From contig CAJNYD010000402.1 of the NCBI GenBank assembly GCA_905331295.1, forward strand, positions 1 to 44,010: a stretch of DNA of 44,010 bases. Reading direction: 5' to 3'. The stretch comes from Rotaria socialis. Taxonomy: Eukaryota. The position numbers were made by a program, and so were the translations under genes. Under the pieces are notes generated by a model. It was not told the DNA's origin. It ran no database searches and worked only from the letters and a program-made list of their open reading frames with translations. This document shows, one piece after another, positions 11,644 through 22,338 of this stretch (position 1 is the first letter of the stretch; the number at the start of each line of letters is the position of its first letter).

Positions 11644-14600
11644 ATGCCTTCGAGTCTTCTGGAGTTGCCTATTGAAATCGTTTATCGTATTATGGATTGT
11701 CTTGATCAATTGACAATTTTATGTTCGATGCGTGATGTATGCATGCGATTAAATACAATCATTGAAATATATAATCGAAATAAAGAAGTAAGCTTCATTT
11801 TTTAGAATTGAAACCTATTTTTCTCGTCACTCACACAAGTATAGTCTCGTTGTGATTAATACTATTTAAAAGATTATGATCATTTACACGATGAAAAATA
11901 TTTTTAAGCGATTAATTAAATATGTTAGGTCTAATAAGTTGTCGGAACTATGGAAATTAATTTTATTCATATAATCTTTTAGATGAATAAAAACAACGTT
12001 TTCTTTTAAATCGTCACGATGTAATTCGAACTCGTAACTAAGTAGTCTCGAAATTAATGAGAAATACTCAAACGAAGTCGAGTATACGAATATTAGTTGT
12101 GTATTACAATAATTACCTAAAAGTATACTTAGATAGTTAATTTTCTATCAAACTATTGTAGTTGTATAACATATGTTTACAAATTAAACTATATTTTTAA
12201 TCAGTAATGCATTAAGAAGGAAAACCTTGGAATATAAAGAATTTTAATAAAATTATGAATTATAATAGCTAACAAATTCTTTTGTTTTTAGTTTTAGTTA
12301 AGGTTGAAATCTGATTTTTATATATCGGAAGATAAAGACACAGTTTCTGGATAGTCCACTTTCTTGTAGATTATCCTTTCCTAGCAAAAATATATCAGAA
12401 TTTTAAAAATAAAGCTTTCATTCATGTCGAAGAATTAGACTATTTTAGATTTTTAGAAGCATTATATCATGATATTATCCATTGATTTAGAATTATATGG
12501 CATAAATTATTAACGAGTGGTAACGAGACATTTAGTATTCATTTATTTTACTGTGAGAAAACATGTTGAAAATGCTAATAGACAAAATCAATCTTCCATT
12601 AGTAATATCGACTTTTTGAGTATATTATTCGGTTTCCTTGACACTATTTTAAGAAAGTCATTCGTTTCGTGAACATGCTAAATAAAAGCAGTTATTATTT
12701 ATTAATTTAAACGAAAACTGTTGCAGGTCCGTGAAGCCTTCATGGAAGTTCTCTTGTACGTATTTAAATTTTCTAAATCAGGTTAAGTTAGTTTTAAGAA
12801 AAGCTTTGTTAGCATAACTCCTATCAACGGGAAATTCAAGATTAAAATCGGTTTATTTTGTCGTGGAATGTGAGAAAGTATCAAATAACGACATAGTTAC
12901 TAAAACCGACAGCCAGAAAAAAAGTTCGATATAACTTCATTGTTAGATCATGCGATAGTTTTCAAATACATTTTATACATCGACTTCAAGCACCTCAGAC
13001 TTGTCACTTCATCAATCTATACTAGATTCTGTTTTGTTTTCAACGTCATGTACTTGATGCGCATCAAATATTATGATGTTTTTCATTTTCTTTCCATCCA
13101 ACTCTCGAAGACAAAACATTTGAATAGATCGATTACCTAGACTGCAGTACAATCTAAAATACTTTATTTGTGTTATACCGGTTACTGAATTAAGAAACAT
13201 CTTTGATGTAACGATTTTCGCCCGAAAATTCCGATTACATAGCATCAATATGAAAGTCTAATTAACAAATCTTCACAACACCAAATATCTAAAGAAAAGC
13301 TTTTAGAATTATCTGTTCGACTTTAAAAAAATAAAAAAGTCTATGACCGATAACTACTGCATTTAATTCTTTTTCTGATATAAGGCAGCAAAAGCACATC
13401 AGATTTCTTTAGAATAACGAAACAACTACTAATTGCAAACGTGTATTTCCTATGCATCACCACGTTCTCATGAAGCTAAACACATACGGTATAATATATG
13501 TTGACGTCAAGTTTATTTTCCATTATTATAAGTTAATATACTTAGTACAACCGAAACGTGTAAACAACTATCCATCATTCGAATCAATAAGTCACTAACA
13601 TAAAATTTATCCATGGAAAGTAATCATCACTACTTCACAATGAAAACATATAGTTGTACATACATATACTATTGCGCATGATATATCTATTTGTAACAGA
13701 CATTCAGCACACTCGATGTCAAAAGACAACAAATTGGAGCCATCGGAGGGCGTTATTTCTTTGATGCTTTACGAACTAATACGGTCAGCACCAATTTCTC
13801 TTCACTCATTTTCCAAACGTTTCATTTCTCTCATAAATAGACTATTACTACATTATGTTGGCACCAAAATACAATTGAAGCCAGAGGAACACAACATTTG
13901 GCACATACGTTATTAGATGATATGGTAATCACAACATTCATTATTTAGCTATCGTTTAAACATTGTATGTCTTTTTCAAAAAGAACACCAAAACAATCAA
14001 TCTTGATGATTATAATATTGCACCTTTGCGAGCAGAACAATTAGCCGATGCTTTACAAACTAACACAGTGATCATCAATCTATTCTCATTCTTTCTGGTA
14101 ATACTTCATATATTCTTTTCAAACAGACACTTACTGCACTATATATCTGTGAAAATGAACTTGGACAAGAAGGAGCACAATGTTTAGCTAAGGCATTACA
14201 GACGAATAAAGTGATCAGTGATTTCTCTCGAATCATATACAACACAAATCATGCCTCTTTCAAATAGACACTCTCCATATTGCTTATTCAATATAGTACG
14301 ATTGGAGCGATTGGAGCGAAACGCTTGGCAGATGCTTTGCGAACTAATACAGTGATCGCCAATTTCGTCTCAATTCTCTTGTAAACAGGTTATTTGTTTG
14401 TCAAATAGACACTCACTAAACTATTTCTGATGAACAATGATATCGGACCAGTCGGAACACAATATATCGCCAATGTCTTACGAACTAATACGGTGCTAAA
14501 GAGCCTCTTGCAATTCACCTTCTAGTCAGTTTGTCTCTTTTTGAAATAGACGCTCACTACATTCGGTCTCGAGATGAATCAAATGGGAGAAGAAGGAGCA

Positions 14601-17093
14601 AAATATTTGGCTGATGGTTTACGAACCAATACGGTTATTTCCTGTTTGTCTTCACATATCTCTGCACACGTCACCTTTTTGTGTACTCAAAAAAAAAATG
14701 TGAGTACACTAGAATCGGTCAGTGTGTCCGGCCGTTTACACGATAACTCCTGAAAGGCTGATCCGATTGTCATGAAATTTTGTACATAGCATTATCTCAT
14801 CAATATCTCGGTCGAGTTCGAAGATGAAAAGAATTCGTCGAGGATTTACTGAGTTACAGCAAGAAATATCATTATTTTCTATGTAAATATTGACCTATTC
14901 CAATTTTCGCAAATCAAAATCTTTGTCATAGTGAAAATGAAAAATGAACTGTTATATACCATTCGATAGAGAATTTCATGGGCTGCAAAATGATGCTAAA
15001 TTATAGGGGTAAACGTGCTGCGTTTGAAATTTCCTCAATACCTCAGTGTCAAAAACTATGAAAAATTCGCGTATACCGACACTTTGTCTGTATAATATGT
15101 GTTTATTCCCCATAGAACTAACGTTGTTTTTATGAAGTAGATAGAACTTGTCAAGAGCTCTAAATGATGATATATTATACAGGTAAATATGGTTCATTTA
15201 ACGTTTCCTCAATATTGCACTTCCCGAAAACTATGCAAAACTGATGCGTACTGACACTGCTGGTTGATTCTTTCAGACAGTTTGATCAAAATCAATCTGT
15301 CGGTAATTATGTTTCATTTTTTGTGTACTCAAAAAAAAATGAGTACACTATAGAACCGGTCAGTGTGTCCGTCCGGCCGTCCGGCCGTTTACACGCTAAC
15401 TCCGGAAAGGCTGATCAGTTTGTCATGAAATTTTGTAGACAGCATTATCTCATCTATGTCTCAGTCGAGTTCGAAGATGAGAAGGATCCGTCAAGAAATG
15501 GCTGAGTTATCGAAAAAATTGTCATTTTTGACTATACCATCCCTGAGGGGGAGTACAGGGATCTTTCAAAACAAAAATTTCTCTCAGAATTTTCCACAAC
15601 ATATATAAATCGACTCAGTTTTTAACGCTGATTCCGAATCTGATACTAGTTTTGAACAAAATCGTAGCTTTCTAACGAAACATCACCTGAAAAAGGCCTC
15701 AAAATGCACAAAAACTGAATTCAGAAACCAAATTGCCTAGTTTCTCATGATAATTTTGGTGTTCAGACATTCTAGAATGACTCACATATCCCATGCACTT
15801 TTTGCAGTACACATAACTCTCGGATGAAATCCGAAGTTTCCACATTTATTTATATTAGACACTCACTACATTATATGTCGATGAAAATGAAATTAGTGAC
15901 AAAGGTGTTCAATATTTTGCAGATGTTTTACGAACAAATACAGTGATCACCGATTTCTCTTTTCTCACCTTTCAATATCCTCATCTATGTTTACACAGAC
16001 AATAACCAAACTGCATCTTCAAGCAAATCAAATCGGAGACACTGGAATCCAACATTTGGCAGACGTATTACAAACCAACACGGTTGTAAACCAATTTCTC
16101 TTCATTCAACTACTAGAAATTGAATCTACTCGTTCAATAGACACTCACTACACTATTTCTGACTAGAAATAAAATCGGGCCAAAAGGAATACAATATATC
16201 GTTAATGCTTTACAAATTAATACAGTGCTAACCACTTTCTACGCATTCATCGTCTAGTTATATGATTTCTTTCTGGAATAGACACTCGCTACTCTCTCTC
16301 TCACTGATAACTGTTTCGGAGACGAAGGAGCACAATACCTGGCTCATGCTTTACAAACAAACAGGGTGACTAATGACTTTCTGTGTCATTCATGCTCTAT
16401 TCTTTTCCATCTCTTTTTCTAATAGGCAATCATTGCATTAGATTTACGCCGCAATGCTATCGGAGATATGGGAGCGCAGCATTTTGCTGACGCTTTACGA
16501 ATCAATAATGTGATCACCGATTTCTTTGGATCCATCTTGCAGATATCTCATTTCTTTTAACTATAGACACTTACATCACTAGGTCTTCAGGCCAATAGAA
16601 TACAAGATAAAGGAGCATTAAGTCTGGTTGATACATTAGCAACCAACAAAGTTATCACCACAATATTCTCACTCATTTCTTAGACACTTCATTTCTCTTT
16701 TGAACAGACACTTACGGCACTATTCCTTGATAACAATGAAATTGGAGACGAAGGTGCAGAACACTTTGCTAATGCTCTACGAACTAATAAAGTGAACATA
16801 GAATTCTCATTATCATCGTCTAAGCAAGTTATCTCTTTTTCTTTAAATAGACACTCATCACACTAACTCTGTGGAACGTCAGAATTGGAGAACAAGGAAT
16901 AGAAAGTCTGGAACAAGCTTTGAGAATTAATACGGTAATCATCAATTTCTTCTCTGACATCTTGTAGACATCTTATCTCTTTTACAAATAGATACTGACT
17001 GGACAAGGATGGTATGAAAAAGATCGAAACTTAAAGCGTCGAAAAAAGAATGCCAAAATAGAAAATATCGACATATACGCCTGGAAAAAATAG
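11644..17093 (+). CDS. F-box + RI/NLRC3-like leucine-rich repeat protein, 17 exons, ~501 aa
   Basis: Exon 1, 11644-11787: MPSSLLELPIEIVYRIMDCLDQLTILCSMRDVCMRLNTII (F-box), with GTAAGC donor. Fifteen 84-nt phase-0 AG|..|GT exons start at 13700, 13841, 13984, 14127, 14268, 14409, 14550, 15859, 15999, 16141, 16282, 16426, 16567, 16708 and 16851, each TLTxLxLxxNxIGxxGAxxLAxALxTNT-like with no stops. Terminal exon 16992-17093 ends in TAG. Confidence 0.9.
14676..15850 (+). mobile_element. Two tandem Helentron-associated non-autonomous elements (HINE/DINE-1-like) in an LRR intron
   Basis: Related heads at ~14676 and ~15317: TTTTTGTGTACTC-A(n)-GAGTACAC hairpin followed by a GTCCG microsatellite. The 3' end has the subterminal GTACAC (~15807) then the stem-loop ACTCTCGGAT-GAA-ATCCGAAGT and a T-rich flank. 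Confidence 0.7.
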
Positions 17094-17484
17094 TTATAGT
17101 CGATATTTTAAATATATCATTTCTAAAATATTGTATTATTAAGACAATAATTATATGTNAATCACAAAAGATTCCAATTTTTCATCCTTCACCCACTCTA
17201 TATTCTAATAGAGCTCGAAATGCTCTATTAGAACATGCATTTACTCTTTTAAAAAAGGAGAATTTATAGTGATGATCAATTGATAAAATTTGTTGAGAAG
17301 AAAATTGAAAAATAAATTCCTTGGGAATCGAAAGATGAGGGTACTCTTATTATATTTCAAATATTGTTTGTCAGTTAAATGCAAGTTATAATCTAAATAC
17401 ATATAATTATTGTCTTAATAATACAATATTTTAGAAATGATATATTTAAAATATCGACTATAACTATTTTTTCCAGGCGTATAT
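17073..17484. repeat. 86-bp inverted duplication spanning an N scaffold join
   Basis: 17073-17158 is the reverse complement of 17399-17484; the N is at 17159. Confidence 0.85.
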
Positions 17485-17929
17485 AAAAAGATCAAAAAAC
17501 AAATATCGATCGCACAAGAATGTCGAAAGTGGGAAGATGCCATAAATGCACGACTATCTTGGGTGTGGATATGAATACATCAAGGGAAAAATGATATTTC
17601 CATTTAATTTTCACCTACTTCTATCCACTTCGATTATAGTTCCATGTACTTATTGCACACCTCAACAAATATTGAGGTAGATGAAATATTGATTTCTCCC
17701 CTGGAATAAATCCATTGTTGGTAATACCCCCACCGATACCCACACTCTCTCCAATTACTATTAGATTGCTTGTCAACAGTTGTGGCAGAACAACATAAAT
17801 CGTATTGAAAGTTCAAGATCTATTATGTGCACTAATATATTTTTTATTATACTGAATTATCAGTTATATACTTTCGACCTCGTATGGTAATAAAACTATT
17901 TACATTTCATTGATCACGATACATTTGTT

Positions 17930-18069
17930 CATATTGTCGACATTTTTATTTCGACTAAAGTATCGTTCGACATTCTGTTTTCGATATTTTTGACCATTTT
18001 ATACTTTGATATTATATTTCAACACTTTTCACATTCGACATTTCTAGTTTCAATGCTCTCGGTCCCGCC
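17930..18069. repeat. Degenerate TTCGACATT short-period repeats, probably a MULE/MITE TIR remnant
   Basis: Repeated tcgacatt/tcgatatt units ending ..CTCGGTCCCGCC, immediately upstream of the headless LRR array. Confidence 0.45.
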
Positions 18070-18203
18070 AATACATGAAATCCTTGTTACTACGTATGTC
18101 AATTCGATTACCTACAGCCAGTTCCTGATAGGTTACAAATTAATATGGTAATCACCAATTGCTTTTACTCTGCCTGTAAACACCTTATCACTTTTTCCGA
18201 TAG

Positions 18204-20268
18204 AACTCTAACACGGTAGATGTGTTGTGGAATCAAATCACAGTCATTGGAGTACAACATCTGCTCAATGCATTGCGAACAGCTACTGTGACAATTGACT
18301 TCTCATCTTTACCTTTTATGTATTTCATTTGTTTTTCAAATAGACTCTCACCACACTCAAACTTTGTTCCAATACAATCGAAGACGAAAGCGCACAACAT
18401 TTAGCTGAGACCTTACAGATCAATAGTGTGAGCGACAGATTCTCTATACTTAAGTAAAAGATGTCTCCGCTCTTTTCTCAATAGACGCCTACTACGCTAG
18501 ATCTCACTGGCAATGAAATCGGATCCAACGGTGCACAGTGTTTAGGTCGGGCTTTACTAACCAATAAGGTTGTTACCAGTTTCTTTTCGCTCATCTTCCA
18601 TATACGTTATCTTCTTTTCCCAATAGGCACTTACTACACTAAATCTTGATTATAATAAAATTGGACCAACTGGCGCGAAGTATCTGAGTCAAGCTTTACA
18701 AACAAATAAGGTTATCATCAGTTTTTTTTATCCATCTTTAACATGTCATCTACATTGGCGATAGATACTTATGATATTAAATCTTGTTGGCAATCAAATA
18801 GGAGACGAAGGAGCACAATGCTTGGCGGATGCTTTGCAAACGAATACAGTGATAACTAGCTTCTTCTCAGTAATCTTGTACATACCTTATCTATTTTTGT
18901 CAATAGACACTTACTACCCTAGATCTTCTGAATAATTTGATTGGACCCATCGGTGCCCAATACTTGGCTAATTGTTTACAAGCGAATGCGGTGATGAGAA
19001 ATTACTCTTTATTCATTTTCGAGACACATGATCTTTTGCTAAAATAGACAATCAGTGCACTAAACCTATCAGAGAACCCAATCAATGCCATAGGAGTACA
19101 ACATTTGACTTAAGTTTTAAGAACTAATAAGGTTATAAGAAGTTGTTTTCGCCCGTGTTATACAAATATGATTCATTTCATAAATCAGACACTTACCACG
19201 CTGAGCCTTCATAGAAATAGAATTGGAGATAAACAAGCGAAAACTTTGGCTACTATTTTGCGAACTAATACAGTGATCACCTGGTTCTTGTCTACGATCT
19301 TTGAGACAACTTTTTTTTCGAAATAGACGCTCACAAGGTTCGATCTCGGAGATAATGAAATTGGAGAAGAAGGAGCACAGCATTTGGCTGATGTTCTACT
19401 AACTAATGCGGTAATGACCAATTTCCATTCACGGATCTTGCACGCATCTAATCTATTTTTCAAAAAAGACAATCATTACATTAGATATATCGTGTAATGA
19501 AATTGGAAGTATCGGAGCACAATACTTTGCCGATATCTTACGAACCAATGTGGTAAGCGCCAGTTTCTCTTTACTAATGTTCCCGAGCACATTTTTTCTC
19601 CTGAAAAAGACACTCACTACACTGAATCTTGGAGACAATAATATTGGAGATGAAGGAGCAGAAAAACTGGCTGATGTTTTGCGAAATAATATGGTAATCA
19701 TTTCCTTCATGTCACCCATCTTGTAAACATATTTTTTTCGAATAGACCCTCACCGCATTGAACCTTGAGCAGAATCGTATTGGACTAGGAGGAATACAAC
19801 ATTTGGCCGATGCTTTAGGAAGAAATATGGTGAGCAGTAGTATCTTATACTCCTCTTCCTGGCACTTCACCTGCTTTAAATAGGCACTCACCATACTAGA
19901 TCTTAATCAAAATAATATCGGTGATGAAGGGGCGACAAGTCTGGCTGATGCTTTACGGATCAATACGGTGATCTGCGATTTCTTTCGAGTTATATTTGAA
20001 ATAGCTTATGTCTTTCTTCAAATAGACACTCACAACACTACTTCTTGATGAAAGTGGGATTGAAGAGAAAGGAGCAGAATGCTTGGCTGATGCTTTGCGA
20101 ACCAACATGGTACGTACTGATTCTCGTAGCTGAGTCGTCGATTACCATTATCATTTTCATACACAGACAATCATTTCATTAACTTGGGATCGCAACTACT
20201 TAGCCGACACTGGATATTATTATTTTTATAAAATTGATAAAATGATTGAGGAAAACCGAGAACGCTGA
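18204..20268 (+). pseudogene. Second array of 84-nt LRR exons (14 plus a terminal exon), with no 5' F-box exon and one in-frame stop
   Basis: Exons start at 18204, 18344, 18485, 18627, 18765, 18907, 19048, 19189, 19327, 19469, 19610, 19746, 19884 and 20026. Terminal exon 20167-20268 ends in TGA. TAA at 19111-19113 lies in the seventh exon, and the preceding exon (ending 18147) is 5'-destroyed. Confidence 0.8.
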
Positions 20269-20872
20269 ACATTTTGATCATAGTCTTGAAAAGAGTTATT
20301 TATTCTAGAAGTTTTTAAATTCACAACGAAAATCGCATTACGAAACTTGACTTTCTTTCTTTTATGCACAAAATAAATTATATAAATTTTTGGGTGTGGA
20401 TGTCTCTCTTCTTCATCGACACCAACACTCACTTATAGTCATTACTTATTAGTATGTAATCAATTATAGTGGTTACTAGTTACAACTCTTGGGGCTAGGC
20501 TGAATGCTACCAAGCGGGTCCACAGGTTGCGGATAGTGGAATGGCCATCAGTATGATGGTTAGCTGCGAATAAGAACAAGCAATTGTTTAAATAAACAGT
20601 TCCGGACAATTCAGATATCTTGCCAGCAGGGTGTGGCGGAGTTTTAGTTGGCATCAAAACTTCTATAAAATGCTACAGAAACCCAAAGACGACAAGATAA
20701 CAGGGCGTGTATAGGCCGCCAGAAGCAAGGTTGCTCAAACTAAGTTTCATAAGCCTTAGCCTGGGCAGGTGACGCTCGCTAGCTATGACTAGCAAATTCA
20801 CCAAATGGAGAAAACCATTCCAAACCAGCGGAAGGCAAGGGGAAACCACCGCTGTATATTCCCAAGCACAAT

Positions 20873-22168
20873 ATGATTAACGCCAAGATTTCCAGTCAAG
20901 ATAACAGCGTGAATGGGGTTCTCAGAGAGAACACCTCGCTCGGTAGAGATGGTCATGTACGACAGGTGACGCTCGATCGTCAACAGACCACTGTCCGTAG
21001 TAAGAACTCACTAAAAATAGGAACATGGAACGTAAGAACTATGTTTCAAAAAGGAAAATTAGAAAATATAAAAAAGGAAATGCAAAGATTACAGGTCAAC
21101 GTGTTAGGACTATCAGAAGTCAGATGGATGGGAGCTGGATCCTTCACAACAGATAACTTTACTTTATTCTACTCCGGAGGAAACAAGCATGAAAGAGGAG
21201 TAGGTATACTTCTCGATAAAGAAACCTCCAAGAGCGTAAAAGGCTTTTCGGCTGTTTCGGACAGAGTTATTCTTATAAAGCTCCACGGCAAACCTTTCAA
21301 CGTCTCAATCATTCAAGGTTATACGCCGACAGCTGACTATGACGAAGATGCAGTTACGAATTTCTATGAAAATATAGACAAAGCCTACAAACAATGCAAA
21401 TCAGATGATATTATCTACGTAATGGGTGACTTCAACGCAAAAGTAGGAGATAAGAGAATTGGGAATACAGTAGGACCTTTTGGCCTAGGAAATAAAAATG
21501 ATAGAGGAGATAATCTAGTGACCTGGTGCCAATCACATAACCTCGTCATTACAAACACATGGTACAAAAATCACCCACGTAGACTATGGACATGGCGAAG
21601 CCCTCGAGACCGAACTAGAAATCAAATAGACTACATTATGGTCTCTCATCAATTCAGGAATTCTATCATATCCTCTAAAGCATTTCCCGGAGCAAACTGT
21701 GGTAGTGACCATGTTCCAGTCATCTGTGAAAGTAAAGTAAAATTAAAAAGATTAAATCAGTCAAAGAAGAACTTCAAACTTCAAATTCTTCTTCTCAAAG
21801 AAGATACAGATATAAAACAAAAATACCGTATCAAAGTACAAAATCGTTTCGAAGCTTTAGACGAAACTACCAAAACTGAAGCACTATGGGAACAGATGAA
21901 ATCCTCGATATTGGCATCTGCTGTAGAAGTACTTCCAAAAATTCAAATGAACAAGAAGAAGAAATGGATGACTGATGACATTTTACTTTTAATGGAACAA
22001 AGACGACTCAAAAAGTCAAATCCACTCGAATACAAATCGATAGATAAAGAAATCAGAATCAAATGCTCAGAAGCAAAAGAGAAATGGCTGAACGAGCAAT
22101 GTTTAGATATCGAAAATAAATTGAGCGTGAACACCAAGTATGCTCATAAAAGAATTGATGAAATCACT
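20873..22168 (+). CDS. RTE ORF, 5' part: apurinic-like endonuclease, truncated at N
   Basis: APE motifs IGTWNVRT, LGLSEVRW, MGDFNAKVG, NQIDYI and SDHVPV. Confidence 0.9.
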
Positions 22169-22338
22169 NTATGTTCATAACAAAACGGTGAACGACTAGT
22201 CGACTGACAGAACGCGAAAAAGATACGACACATTTTTTTCATTCAAGTGCGACACAAAAATTTACGACACCTTTTTGTAATAGAGAGCACAACACAAAAA
22301 TTCACGACACATACAGCCGACGCATTTTAATTTAGTGT

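Noticed and set aside
19117..19894. Minus-strand ORFs (e.g. SAKCCAPSSPI)
   Set aside because: Antisense shadows of the LRR exons.
13700..20110. Regular ~141-bp periodic repeat resembling a CRISPR-like array
   Set aside because: The units are AG/GT-bounded coding exons plus introns; there are no identical direct repeats and no cas genes.
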